Assembly (NCBI GenBank): GCA_963844715.1
Contig: CAWJPJ010000006.1
Span: 736,001 to 800,000, forward strand
Source: an uncultured Phycisphaerales bacterium
Lineage (GTDB): Bacteria; Planctomycetota; Phycisphaerae; Tepidisphaerales; Tepidisphaeraceae
Reading direction: 5' to 3'
Length of the DNA: 64,000 bases
Part shown: piece by piece, positions 32,046 to 42,103 of the stretch
Layout: each line of letters opens with the position of its first letter
Position numbering within the stretch: the stretch's first letter is position 1
Notes under the pieces: model-generated
Databases searched by the model: none
Told to the model about the DNA's origin: nothing
Seen by the model: only the letters and a program-made list of their open reading frames with translations
Program-made: the position numbers and the translations under genes

Positions 32046-32725
32046 CGCGACTCCGGGACGACTCCGAGCATATAACCCTGGCCGCGCTTGGTGTGAATGA
32101 GCCGCGGCTTGTCCGGGCGCTCGACCTTTTTACGCAGGAATCCGATGAAGACGTCGATGACATTGCTTTCGAGGGAGGCATTGATGTCGGCGATGTGCTG
32201 CCAGAGATCGCGGCGGGTGACGGTGCGATCGGCGTTCAGAGCGAGATATTCGAGCAGCGCGTATTCGCGGGCGCTGAGGTCGATGAGGGTGGCGCCGCGT
32301 TTGACGACTCGGCGCGCCGTGTCAATCTCAAGATCGTCGATGCGAATGAGGGCGGTTTTGGCGTCGTATTTGCGGCGGATGAGAGCGTTGATGCGGGCGA
32401 GAAGTTCGGAAAAGTTGAAAGGTTTGACGAGATAATCATCGGCGCCGAGGTCCAGGCCGCGGACTTTGTCCTCGGTGGTGTCCCTGGCGGTGAGGACCAG
32501 GACATGTGAGGGGGATTTATCCTTGCGGAGGGACTTGAGGACGGACAAGCCGTCTACTTCGGGGAGCATCAGGTCGAGGATGATGACGTCATATTCGCCG
32601 GCGCGGGCGTGCCAGAGGGCGGACTTACCGTCGGCGGCTTCGTCGACGGCGTAGCCGGCCTCGCGCAGACCCTGGACGATGGATTCGCGCAGAGGCTGAA
32701 AATCTTCGACAACCAAAAGTCGCAT
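32042..32725 (-). CDS. OmpR-family response regulator (CusR/QseB-like)
   Basis: LVVED, LDLMLP, GADDYLVKPF and HTKRGQGY motifs. Confidence 0.95.
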   Translation of the reverse strand: MRLLVVEDFQPLRESIVQGLREAGYAVDEAADGKSALWHARAGEYDVIILDLMLPEVDGLSVLKSLRKDKSPSHVLVLTARDTTEDKVRGLDLGADDYLVKPFNFSELLARINALIRRKYDAKTALIRIDDLEIDTARRVVKRGATLIDLSAREYALLEYLALNADRTVTRRDLWQHIADINASLESNVIDVFIGFLRKKVERPDKPRLIHTKRGQGYMLGVVPESR

Positions 32726-32816
32726 AAATCCGCGGCAATTCGGCGAATTTCCCCTCGCCCCGGTATTCCGGGCAGAGGGTCCGGGTCAGGGGCGATTTCC
32801 GAAGTTCGAAAAGCTG

Positions 32817-32860
32817 CCCCTCACCCTGCCCCTCTCCCCATGAGTACATGGGGAGAGGGG
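32817..32860. repeat. REP-like hairpin, second copy of 23111-23152
   Basis: CCCCTCACCCTGCCCCTCTCCCCATGAGTACATGGGGAGAGGGG. Confidence 0.8.
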
Positions 32861-32870
32861 AAAATTATGG

Positions 32871-33194
32871 TTAGTCCTTGTCTGGACCTTTTTCGTCTTT
32901 TTCGTCATCGAGCTTCTTGCTGAGAAGCGTGCCGTCTTCGCGGACTTTGATCTCGTAGGGGACGCCGCTGATCGTGGCGTCGGCTTCGTAGACGAGCTTG
33001 TCGTGCTTGGCTTCCTTGTCGATGTCGCCGATGGCGCCGCCTTCGGCTTCGCGGACGATGGTGTCCTTGACCGGGGGAGGCACCTGGTCCATGGTGACGC
33101 TGATTTCGTTATGTTCCGATTCCTCGTGTTCGGCGCAGGCCGCTAAACCCAGGGCAGCGGTTGCGGCGAACGCTATGGTCAATCTGGTCCTCAT
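32871..33194 (-). CDS. PepSY-like small lipoprotein
   Basis: LAAC lipobox; VPPPVKDTI...VYEAD...YEIKVREDGTLL pattern; directly upstream of an OmpR-type two-component system. Confidence 0.75.
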   Translation of the reverse strand: MRTRLTIAFAATAALGLAACAEHEESEHNEISVTMDQVPPPVKDTIVREAEGGAIGDIDKEAKHDKLVYEADATISGVPYEIKVREDGTLLSKKLDDEKDEKGPDKD

Positions 33195-33292
33195 GCTTTG
33201 TCTCCTTTTCCAATAGATTGCCCGATCACCATGATCGAGCTGAGACTCTTGTAAATTCACTGAATGAAATCACCATGAAGCCCCTCGATGGG

Positions 33293-34367
33293 TTATTGGC
33301 GTCCGACGACCAGTATCGTGAATGAGCCGGGGACCATGGTGCCGCGACCATGATGCGCGGCGCGGCTTCCGCCTGCGTAGTGGCTTGGGCCGCGGGCTGG
33401 GTGGTCGGCGGCGCCATTTCGGCTGTCACGAGATAAACCTGATTGGTTTTGGCGTCGAGGGTGGACGTGCGTGCGCCGGCCTGGGTCGTCACGGTTTGTT
33501 CGACTTCGAAGCTTGTGGGGCTGTCCTCCTTGATGACCGTGAGCGTGCCGTCGCGCTGGGAGCTGAAGGCCTCGGAGGTGTTGGGATTGAATTCGGCGGC
33601 GTCGACGCCGTCACCGATGGGGAGGGAGGCGAGGATGTCGCCGTTGTCGGCGTTCAGAATGACGGCGGTGTGCGGATCGTGGCAGAAGGCGAAGAGAATG
33701 TGATTTTTTGCGTCCATGGCCAGACCGCCGGGGCCGCCGCCTTTGGAGCTGATGTCGTAATGGGCGGTGACCTGAAGAGTCTTGGCGTCCACGACGGCGA
33801 TGCTGTCGGCGCTTTCCAGATCGACGTAGATTTTCCTGCGCCATCACTGACGGCTTGTTCGGGCTCGCCGCCTAAATCATCGATGGTGCCAACGACGGAG
33901 CCGTCGGCGGCGTTGATGACGGTGGCGTTGGGAGAGCGATGGCTGAAGACGAAGACGTGCTCGGCGGCGGGATCGAAAAGAATGCCGTCGGGGCGGCCTT
34001 GCACGTCGATGGTCTGGATTGGCTTGAGGGTCTGGGTGTCGAACATGACGACCGGATTGGAGCTTGCAAATCCGTGGCCGGATTTGGGATCGATGGCGAC
34101 GCCGTGAACGCCGTTGGTGTTGGGGATGGAGCCGACGGGTTGGAGGGAATCGAGATCGTAAACATCGACACGTCCGGACCCCTTACCGCCGCGCGGGATA
34201 TAGAGTTTGCGGGCGTCGGAATCGGCAAAGACGTAGTCCCACCCGCCTGCGCCGCCGATCTTGTCGGTTTTGATGACCTGATAGGGCTGAGTGGTCGGCG
34301 TTTGGTCGGCGAAGGCCGGCACGCCGAGCGCCGCCGTCAGGGCCATTAAAAAATACACAAATCGCAT
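33293..34367 (-). CDS. YncE/YVTN-like beta-propeller periplasmic protein (frameshifts ~33835, ~33360)
   Basis: Signal peptide, GGAGGWDY, GVHGVAID, GARTSTLD; C-terminus VPGSFTILVVG. Confidence 0.85.
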
Positions 34368-34380
34368 GCGGGGCCTCCCT

Positions 34381-35424
34381 TTATTTGGGTGGAGTGGTGA
34401 CGACGACGACTTTGAAAGTTCCGGGGATGGGTTTGGGGCGGCCGGGGCCGCCGCTGGGTAATGTGGTCGGCTGCATATCGGCGGTGGGCAAATAGATCGT
34501 TCCGGATTGGGAATCGAGGGCCATGGTGCGAGCGCCCAGGAGGGTGTCGAGTTTTTGGATGATTTCGAATTTTCCGGGAGAAGTTTCGCGAATGGCAGTG
34601 AGCGTGCCGTCGCCGCAACTGGCGAAGGCGGTGCCCGTGGTGGGGTCGAAAGCGGTGGCGTCGACGCCTTTACCGATGGGGAGATCGGCCAGGATCGAAC
34701 CATCGGCGGCATTCATGACAATCATTTTTTGGTTTCTACAGCCGATAAAGAGCCGGCCTTTTTCGCGATCCATGGAAAGGCCGGTCGGCTTGCCGCCAGG
34801 GGCGGTGGAGTATTTGGTGATGACTTTTTGGGCCTTGGAGTCCACGACGGCAATCTGGTCCTGGTCATTGATGCAGACAAAGATTTTTCCCTGGCCGTCG
34901 GAGGTGAGAAATTCGGGTTTGCCGCCTAGATCGATTGGCGGATCGGCTTTGCCGCTCGCCGGATCAACGTTGGCGGCGACGGGGAGGAGTTCGGCCGAGT
35001 CGCCGCAGGCAATGAATACATGAGCCGAGGCGGGGTCGTAGATGATTCCATCGGCGTCATCGGCGGCAGGGAGAGTGCCGAGGACGGTGTTGGATTTGAG
35101 ATCGAAGATAATGACGGCGGCGCCTTTGCCGTCGGAGATGAAGCCGCGATTTTGGTCGGAGACGATGGCGACGCCATGGAGACCCTGCCCGCCGGGGATG
35201 TCGGCGGCGAGTTTTCCGTAGGCGGTGTCGATGACGTCGGTGTGAGTGGAGCGCGTGACGTAGAGAAATTTGCTGGCGGGGTCGAGGAGCGCGTAGTCCC
35301 AGCGGCCGTCGCCGCCGATTTGGAAAGTTTTGGAGACCTGATATGGCCCGTCGGCGCGGGAGGGCGCGGTTGAAACAGCAACGGCGAAAAGGACACATAG
35401 AGCGGAAATGAGTTTGGGCTTCAT
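34381..35424 (-). CDS. YncE/YVTN-like beta-propeller periplasmic protein
   Basis: Signal peptide, GGDGRWDY, LHGVAI, GARTMALD, PGTFKVVVV. Confidence 0.88.
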   Translation of the reverse strand: MKPKLISALCVLFAVAVSTAPSRADGPYQVSKTFQIGGDGRWDYALLDPASKFLYVTRSTHTDVIDTAYGKLAADIPGGQGLHGVAIVSDQNRGFISDGKGAAVIIFDLKSNTVLGTLPAADDADGIIYDPASAHVFIACGDSAELLPVAANVDPASGKADPPIDLGGKPEFLTSDGQGKIFVCINDQDQIAVVDSKAQKVITKYSTAPGGKPTGLSMDREKGRLFIGCRNQKMIVMNAADGSILADLPIGKGVDATAFDPTTGTAFASCGDGTLTAIRETSPGKFEIIQKLDTLLGARTMALDSQSGTIYLPTADMQPTTLPSGGPGRPKPIPGTFKVVVVTTPPK

Positions 35425-35549
35425 GAACGAATAGGCTCCCGAGTTGGAATGGGGAAATAGTAGCGTGGAAAGATGAAACGAAAATGAAGGTGCATATTAA
35501 ATGCGGCCCGTGGCAGCGCCGCGGACCTTTGTTTTGTGAGGATTTGTAC

Positions 35550-37373
35550 TTATACGGCGGGGGATTGGGGGAGGATGAAGCGGAATTTGCTGCCTTTGGG
35601 CTGGGAGGGGCAGAGTTCGATGGTGCCGCCGTGGGCTTCGATAATTTCCTTCGCGATGGAGAGGCCGAGTCCCGCGCCGGTTGGACCGTCTTTTTGGGGG
35701 ATTCTGAAAAACTTATCGAAGATTCTCGAGCTGAATTGATCGGGGATGCCGGGACCGGTGTCGGAGACGGAGAAGATGACGAATCGGCCGTTGGCCTCGG
35801 CGGCGAGAGAGACGGTTCCGCCAGTCGGCGTGAATTTCAGGGCGTTGGAAAGGAGATTGGTCAGAACGAGCCCGACGACGCCCGGATCGGCTCGGACGGC
35901 GGGGAGATCGGGAGGCGCGGAAACGGAGAGGCTCACGGATTTGCCGGCGAAGGACTGGCGCATGGGGTCGAGGGATTGCGAGATTATTTCGGCGGGAGCC
36001 ATGGGACGGAAATCGAATTCGACGCGGCCGGATTCGATGCGGCTGATGCCGAGGAGATTTTCGATGATGCGATAGAGGCGCTCGCAGTCTACCGCGGCGG
36101 CGGCGAGGAGGGGCTTTTGTTTATCGGTCAGGGATCCGAATTTGTCGGAAGAGAGAAGGCTGATGGCCATGCGCAGACTGGTAAGAGGAGTGCGGAGTTC
36201 GTGGGAAATGGTCGAGACGATGGAGCCCTTGGCCTCGTCGGCGGCGCGGAGGCGGGTGACATCCACGAGGATGAAGGCGACGCCGATCTGTTTTTCCTGC
36301 GGCCCGATCATGGGGACGGCGCGGGGAAGGAGGAAGCGTTCGGCGCCGTGATCGAAGAACTGGATTGCGGAGAGATAGCCGGGGGTTTCGGGCTGATGGC
36401 GGCCTTCCTGCACGGATTCGTAAAGCGGGGAAAGCCATTTGAGGCGCGGGGAGAGATCGGAAACGGTGAGGCCGGGCTCGATGCCGAAATGCTCGCGAGC
36501 GGTGCGATTGGAGATTTCGATTTTGGCGTCGGGGCCGATGATGAAGACGGCGTCGGGAAGCGAATCGATGGCGAGCTGCGTGGTTTGCTGAGTGCGGACG
36601 AGACGCTCGTGATCGATGCGGCGGAATTCGCGGAGCTGGGCGGCCATGGCGTTGAAGGCTTCGGAGAGGACGCCGATTTCGTCGCGGGAGCGGACCGGAA
36701 GGATGAGGTCGAGATTCCCGGATTCGATTTCGCGGGCGGACCTGGTCAGCGCGGCCAGGGGGCGGAGGACCGAGGCCCCGGCGGCGCCGACGACGACGGC
36801 CGCGGCGACCGTGCCGGCGATGACCAGAACGAGCAGGGCGCTGCGCACGTCAAGCAGGGTTTTCTTGATCCGGCCGTCGAGGGAAACCATGTTGGACATG
36901 TTGTTGCTCGAGATCCACTGGGTCATTTGCTTGATCTGGTCGTAAAGGGGAATGAGAGTGGAGCGGAAAATGCGGGGCTGCTGGGCTTGCGGGGCGGAAT
37001 CGAATTGGGCGTAGGAGTCGCTGAATTGGGCCCAGAAATCGGCCAGGGCGTTGGTGTGCTCGGTTTCGCCGGGGAGCGTGATGTTGTGAAGTTGATGGTA
37101 GAGGTTGATCTCGAATTGCCGGCGGGCGGCGCTGGGATCGATGCGGGTTGGGGGCGAAAGTTGCCAGGAGATGAATTGGGCGCGGATATTGAGTTGATCG
37201 AGCGCGTCGTTCATTTCGTCGCAAAAGACGGCGCTGTCGTAATTTTCGCGATAGACGCGGTCGAGGGCATGGCTGTAACGAGTGAGGACGACGAAGGTGA
37301 TGCTGCTGACGATGAAAAGGATCAGCAGCAGCCCGCCGAACCCGATCCAGAGTTTATGCCGCAGGCTGATCAT
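35550..37373 (-). CDS. HAMP-PAS sensor histidine kinase, KinB-like
   Basis: Two TMs around a helical sensor (RENYDSA..M..ALD), HAMP, PAS, SHELRTPL, NLLSNALKFT, GLGLSI. Confidence 0.9.
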   Translation of the reverse strand: MISLRHKLWIGFGGLLLILFIVSSITFVVLTRYSHALDRVYRENYDSAVFCDEMNDALDQLNIRAQFISWQLSPPTRIDPSAARRQFEINLYHQLHNITLPGETEHTNALADFWAQFSDSYAQFDSAPQAQQPRIFRSTLIPLYDQIKQMTQWISSNNMSNMVSLDGRIKKTLLDVRSALLVLVIAGTVAAAVVVGAAGASVLRPLAALTRSAREIESGNLDLILPVRSRDEIGVLSEAFNAMAAQLREFRRIDHERLVRTQQTTQLAIDSLPDAVFIIGPDAKIEISNRTAREHFGIEPGLTVSDLSPRLKWLSPLYESVQEGRHQPETPGYLSAIQFFDHGAERFLLPRAVPMIGPQEKQIGVAFILVDVTRLRAADEAKGSIVSTISHELRTPLTSLRMAISLLSSDKFGSLTDKQKPLLAAAAVDCERLYRIIENLLGISRIESGRVEFDFRPMAPAEIISQSLDPMRQSFAGKSVSLSVSAPPDLPAVRADPGVVGLVLTNLLSNALKFTPTGGTVSLAAEANGRFVIFSVSDTGPGIPDQFSSRIFDKFFRIPQKDGPTGAGLGLSIAKEIIEAHGGTIELCPSQPKGSKFRFILPQSPAV

Positions 37374-38730
37374 CGCCGGCCCCGTAGCGTTTCATCCAGC
37401 GACATAGGGTACTGGAATCGACGCCGAGAATCGACGCCGCGCGGCGAAGCGAGCGGGTTGCGCCGACGACTTGCAGGACGTGGCTGCGTTCGATGGTTTC
37501 AAGATCGACGAGGTCTCCGACGGCGTAGCCGTTATGGTTATTGAGGAGATTGGGGGGCAGGTGCTCGATGCCGATTTGCCCGCCGCGGCAGAGGAGGGTG
37601 GCGCGTTCGACGACGTTGCGTAGTTCGCGGACGTTTCCCGGCCAGGCGTATTTTTGCATGGCGTGCAGGGCGTCGGAGGAGAATCCGGAAACGGTGCGGT
37701 GATGCTCCCTCGCAAAAAAGGCGAGATAACGCTCGGCGAGGAGACGGACATCTTCGGTGCGATTCCGCAAGGGCGGGACGAAAATTTCGACGACGTTGAG
37801 GACGAGGGAGAGGTCGGCGCGGAAACGGCCGTCGCGGACGAAGCTTTGGAGATCGGCGCCGGTGGTGGCGATGATGCGCACGTCGACGGGACGGGCGCGC
37901 GATTCGTCCATGCGTTCGTATTCTTTATCGTGAAGCAGGCGATGAAGTTTGGATTGGAGACGCGCCGGGACCTGGCCGACTTCCTCGAGGAGAAGGCTTC
38001 CCCCGTCGCAGAAGGCGGCGGCCCCGGGTTTTTCGGCGATGGCGTGGTGGACGCCGGCGGACAGGCCGAAGAGTTCGGCCTCGAGTGCATCGGCGGGAAG
38101 CTGGCAGGAGACCGAAGCGAAGGGGCCGGCGGCGCGCGGACTCCAGGTATGGATGGCGCGGGCGAGTCGGCCGCGACCGGTGCCGGCTTCGCCCCGGATG
38201 AGAATGGGGGCCTGCGTGGGGGCGACCTGGCGAGCCATTTCGATGGCTTGCTGCATCAGGGGGGAATCGGTGGGCAGATCGGATTCCGCGTCAAGGGAAC
38301 CGAGGGCGACCTGAAGCGATTCGATGCGGCGTTCCATCTGGCGCAGCTCGGCCATCTTTTTGGTGACGAACTGGACCTGCGCGGGCTCGAACGGTTTGGG
38401 AAGATAGTCGGTGGCGCCGCGCTTCATGGCTTCGACGGCGGTTTCAATCGAGGCGTAGGCGGTGATGACGATAACCTTGGCCCAGGGGTTCTCGGATTTG
38501 AGTTTGGGGAGGAAGTCGAGGCCGTTGTCCATGCCCAGGCGGATATCGAGGAAGACGAGATCGAAGACGCGGCGGCTGATCTCGTCGAGGGCGTCTTCAA
38601 TGTTGGCGACGGCGGCGACGCGATGGCCGTCGGCTTCGAGGCACATGCTGAGAGTGAGCCGGATGTTTTCCTCATCGTCGATGACGAGGATTCGCAAGGA
38701 GAGGTTTGGCTCGGCGTTTCTATCCCTCAT
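37354..38730 (-). CDS. NtrC/AlgB-like response regulator with degenerate AAA+ motifs
   Basis: Receiver domain, GEAGTGRG, AELFG, VDVRIIAT, WPGNVRELRN and a C-terminal HTH; no GAFTGA. Confidence 0.9.
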   Translation of the reverse strand: MRDRNAEPNLSLRILVIDDEENIRLTLSMCLEADGHRVAAVANIEDALDEISRRVFDLVFLDIRLGMDNGLDFLPKLKSENPWAKVIVITAYASIETAVEAMKRGATDYLPKPFEPAQVQFVTKKMAELRQMERRIESLQVALGSLDAESDLPTDSPLMQQAIEMARQVAPTQAPILIRGEAGTGRGRLARAIHTWSPRAAGPFASVSCQLPADALEAELFGLSAGVHHAIAEKPGAAAFCDGGSLLLEEVGQVPARLQSKLHRLLHDKEYERMDESRARPVDVRIIATTGADLQSFVRDGRFRADLSLVLNVVEIFVPPLRNRTEDVRLLAERYLAFFAREHHRTVSGFSSDALHAMQKYAWPGNVRELRNVVERATLLCRGGQIGIEHLPPNLLNNHNGYAVGDLVDLETIERSHVLQVVGATRSLRRAASILGVDSSTLCRWMKRYGAGDDQPAA

Positions 38731-38760
38731 GGATGCACAGGTGTATGCAGAGTACTCGTC

Positions 38761-38775
38761 GCATTTTCTGTGCCA
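38761..38775 (-). promoter_or_regulatory. sigma54-type -24/-12 promoter facing the response regulator
   Basis: TGGCAC-AGAAA-ATGC (GG-N10-GC), 30 nt upstream of ATG 38730. Confidence 0.55.
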
Positions 38776-39160
38776 AGGGAAAGGGCGATGAGGTCAGGAA
38801 AGCAGGGGTTGTTCAGCAACAACCGCGCACAAAATAGGCATACCGCCGCCACACCGATGGTTGGCTGCACAAAAGCGCACTGCATGAATCGCGTGAATAG
38901 GGCGCATATTGTTGAATGACAAGTGTTTGTATTTTGCACCATTTCTATTTTCTTGGCAAGTTTAGCGCGCATTAGATGCTTATTTATTAATCCGCCATGG
39001 CGACATCTGTTTATTTTGTGGAAGTGCTGAGAGCGCTTAATCCCATTGCGGATAGTTGGATCGGAGAGCTTCCGTGAAGCGCGTTGAATCGGTGTGCAGC
39101 GTTCGGGTGTCGTCGCACAGGCAGTGCGCAATTTGAGTGGACTTTCGCAATGCATGGTTA

Positions 39161-39175
39161 TGGCACCTTGTTTGC
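39161..39175 (+). promoter_or_regulatory. sigma54-type -24/-12 promoter facing the APC permease
   Basis: TGGCAC-CTTGT-TTGC, a near-consensus match. Confidence 0.65.
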
Positions 39176-39310
39176 CAAGTGGGTGAGTTGAGAGTCGACA
39201 GCAGTGCGCTGCGGACTGCCGTGTTGGCGGTCTTTGAAGCAAAGAGACTTTAGAGCGTTTGTGCGATCCATTAGTCGCTGGCCCACGGGCCGGTCGAAAG
39301 GAGAATCTCT

Positions 39311-41320
39311 GTGACAACCGAATCGACAAGCTCACCGAACCCGACCGGCGGACAGATGAAGGCCACGCTGGGGTTAACGGGTTTGACGAGCAACGCCATG
39401 GCACTAATCGCGCCGGGCGCGTTCTTGTGGCTGACGTTCGAAGAGCAGTCGGCCTACGGTGCGCCGTCGGCCGGGTCTGCCATGTGGATGGGGATGTTGC
39501 TCGCCACAGTGTTGTGTTTGGCGACGGCCATTTCATATGCGGAACTCAGCAAACTTTATCCGGGCGCCGGTTCGAGCTACTTTTTTGCCGAACAGGCGTT
39601 CCTCTCCAAGAAGCAAGCGTACAAGTGGGCACGAATTTACAAATTCATGGTCGGCTGGGCGAGCCATCTTTATTACTGGGTGTATCCGGGCGTGATGGTG
39701 TGCGTCACGTCGATCTTCATCGGCTACATGGCCGGGCAGTTGTTCCCCAACACCTTTAACATAGCGGAGGGAAGTCCGCTGTTAATGATCGTATTCTCGA
39801 TCATCTTCGCCTACGGCGTGTCGTACATCGCGTACCGGGGAGTCGTCGGCGCGACCGGCGTCAACGTCGCGATCAACATCATTCAGATCACGGCACTGCT
39901 GATCTTCTCCGTCATGGCGATCGCGCATCGCGTGCACGTCAAGGAAGGCGACGTCGACTGGACGCTCGACTCAACCGGCACGCCGACGCAGTTTCAGCAG
40001 GACAGTACTCCGAACATGATTCAGGATCCGAAGTTCCCCAACGATCCGACCAAGCAGATCGTCGATCCGAGCGGCGCGACCAGTCCGAAAGTTGACGGCA
40101 GCGGTGCGCCGATCTGGATTTACAACGCCGTGGACGCCAAGGGCAATGTGATCAACGACTCCACCGGCAATCCGATCGTTGTCGCCACGGATGCCACCGG
40201 AAAGCTGGCGGCGCTGCCCTCCGGCGCGGCCAAGGCGGTTCCGGCTCCAGTGACAATTTCGTACCTGGGCGGCATGGTCAAGGACAGCAAGGGCGTCTGG
40301 CAGTTCAACTACCACGATTCGGCCAAATCCGTGCTTCACTGGCATAGCGGTCAGTACGTACTGATTCAGGGATGTATCGCGATCTTGTGCCTGGTCGGTT
40401 TCGAATCGGTCTCCTCGATGGGTGAGGAAGCCAAGAATCCGAAGAAGCATATTCCGATCGCCATCGTCGCGTCACTGCTCATCCAGGGCGGCTTCTGCTA
40501 CCTGTTTGAATATTTCGCCGCCAACTATTTCCAGAGTTCGCTGTACACCAATCAAACCGCGGCAGGTTCGCCGGCTCCGATCGGCGACATGATGCAGCTA
40601 GCCGGCGCCTGGTGCTTCGGCACGGCCAAGGCGGGCTGGTGGTTCATGTTCCTGGAAGCCATCACCGTCTTCCTGGCGATGATCGGAACGACTCTGTCGT
40701 GCATCAACACCGGCGCTCGCGTGACCTACGCGATGGGCCGCGATGAGGAAGTCCCGACTCACTTCGGCATCCTCCACGGCAAGAACAATACCCCGCACCG
40801 CTGCATCTGGGTGTTGGCGACGTTGTCGGCAATCATCGGAATTTACGGGATTCTCTTCTACCTGTGCGGTCCGTCGGCTTCGTCCTCGCTGGATACGAAT
40901 CTGTCCACGGCTCAGCAATCGAGCATGTGGTACAAGGGCGTGTTCAGTTTTGCGACGGCGCAGAAGTTCCCGTGCAGCTTGCTGGTGATCACGCTGGTGA
41001 GCAACTTCGGAACGTTCATGCTGTACATGATGAGTTGCATCATCGCGATGGTGGCTTTCCATGAGCACCACATGTTCAATCCGATCAAGCACATCCTCGT
41101 TCCCGGTTTCGGCCTGATCGCCAACCTGGGTTGCATGTTGTTCTACTTGATCGGTCCCTTCTCGGTCCCTGGCATGAGCGCCAAGGAACCATTTATCGCC
41201 CTGGGCGTGTCCGCCGCGTGGGGCATCTTTGGCGCCATCTACTTCGTGATGAAGAGCAAGAAGATGGGCAAGGACATGATGCTGACGAACCCGGCGGCAT
41301 CGAAGGCCGTGGGCACCTGA
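39311..41320 (+). CDS. APC-superfamily permease with a large extramembrane insertion
   Basis: Multiple TMs, YAELSKLYPGAGSSY, GFESVSSMGEEAKNPKK, RVTYAMGRD; AAGGAG RBS before GTG. Confidence 0.9.
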   Translation: MTTESTSSPNPTGGQMKATLGLTGLTSNAMALIAPGAFLWLTFEEQSAYGAPSAGSAMWMGMLLATVLCLATAISYAELSKLYPGAGSSYFFAEQAFLSKKQAYKWARIYKFMVGWASHLYYWVYPGVMVCVTSIFIGYMAGQLFPNTFNIAEGSPLLMIVFSIIFAYGVSYIAYRGVVGATGVNVAINIIQITALLIFSVMAIAHRVHVKEGDVDWTLDSTGTPTQFQQDSTPNMIQDPKFPNDPTKQIVDPSGATSPKVDGSGAPIWIYNAVDAKGNVINDSTGNPIVVATDATGKLAALPSGAAKAVPAPVTISYLGGMVKDSKGVWQFNYHDSAKSVLHWHSGQYVLIQGCIAILCLVGFESVSSMGEEAKNPKKHIPIAIVASLLIQGGFCYLFEYFAANYFQSSLYTNQTAAGSPAPIGDMMQLAGAWCFGTAKAGWWFMFLEAITVFLAMIGTTLSCINTGARVTYAMGRDEEVPTHFGILHGKNNTPHRCIWVLATLSAIIGIYGILFYLCGPSASSSLDTNLSTAQQSSMWYKGVFSFATAQKFPCSLLVITLVSNFGTFMLYMMSCIIAMVAFHEHHMFNPIKHILVPGFGLIANLGCMLFYLIGPFSVPGMSAKEPFIALGVSAAWGIFGAIYFVMKSKKMGKDMMLTNPAASKAVGT

Positions 41321-41353
41321 GGCAGATACTGCTCTGATATCGGTTGTAATCCG

Positions 41354-41394
41354 GCGCACGGGCGTACTAAGAAGGGACGCCCGTGCGTCTTTTT
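41354..41394 (+). terminator. Rho-independent terminator
   Basis: GCGCACGGGCGT-loop-ACGCCCGTGCGT followed by CTTTTT. Confidence 0.75.
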
Positions 41395-41407
41395 GCGCGC
41401 GGGGGGT

Positions 41408-41429
41408 CCGGTGCAGCAAGCTACACCGG
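41408..41429. repeat. REP-like palindrome, copy 3 (variant)
   Basis: CCGGTGCAGC-AA-GCTACACCGG followed by CTTCGCGGG. Confidence 0.75.
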
Positions 41430-41450
41430 CTTCGCGGGAGGAGGGGGCGG

Positions 41451-42095
41451 TTACCAGTGTTCGCCCAGGATTTGGTCTACGCAGCGGTAGCTGTATTTGG
41501 CGGCGAAGCGTTCGTACATGGGGCCGTCGCCGGCCTGGGATTTGTCGTACCAGCCGCCTTCGGCGAGCCAGAGGTCTCGGCGCATCACGAGCTGCATGGC
41601 GTCGATGTTGTTAAGTACGGGCGGATTGCCGGTGAGTGTGAGGGTGTATTCCGGATGATTGGGGAAGAAGACCATGACGTCCCTGGCGCGCTGAAGTCCG
41701 CGGCAGAGGACGCTGTAGATGATGATGCCATTGGGGTCGAAGACGCGGCCGGTGCCCTCTTCGACGACGCGCGGGGGGCGGTCGATGGCTTTGGAGATTT
41801 CCTCGAGGGCGTTGGGATAAAGGACATTGTCGGAATTGAAATGGATGAGGTAGTCGCCCTTGGCGTCCCGGATACCGCGGTCGCGCTGGGAGTGGCCCCA
41901 GTCATCCGTGAATTTGTCCATGCAGATAAGCGGGACGGGCATGGGGAGGGAGGAGTCGAGGAGCGGGCCGTTGTGATAGGCGAGGAGTTCGTAATCTTTG
42001 TAGGTCTGGGCCTGGATCGATCCGATCGCGCGGACGAGTTCCGCGTGCGTGGTGGCGCCCTGGTAATGAGGCAGGATGATGGAGAATCTGGGCAT
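41451..42095 (-). CDS. Glycosyltransferase family 2-like protein
   Basis: FSIILPHY, QTYKDYEL, RDRGIRDAKGDYLIHFNSDN. Confidence 0.85.
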   Translation of the reverse strand: MPRFSIILPHYQGATTHAELVRAIGSIQAQTYKDYELLAYHNGPLLDSSLPMPVPLICMDKFTDDWGHSQRDRGIRDAKGDYLIHFNSDNVLYPNALEEISKAIDRPPRVVEEGTGRVFDPNGIIIYSVLCRGLQRARDVMVFFPNHPEYTLTLTGNPPVLNNIDAMQLVMRRDLWLAEGGWYDKSQAGDGPMYERFAAKYSYRCVDQILGEHW

Positions 42096-42103
42096 GAGTG
42101 TCC

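Noticed and set aside
35484..37544. 686-aa plus-strand ORF, and similar long ORFs at 37654-38919, 42098-43339 and 60475-61593
   Set aside because: These are antisense shadows of clear minus-strand genes, expected from high-GC codon bias, and carry no motifs.
38900..39310. c-di-AMP (ydaO) riboswitch upstream of the APC permease
   Set aside because: The characteristic conserved segments could not be found by eye.
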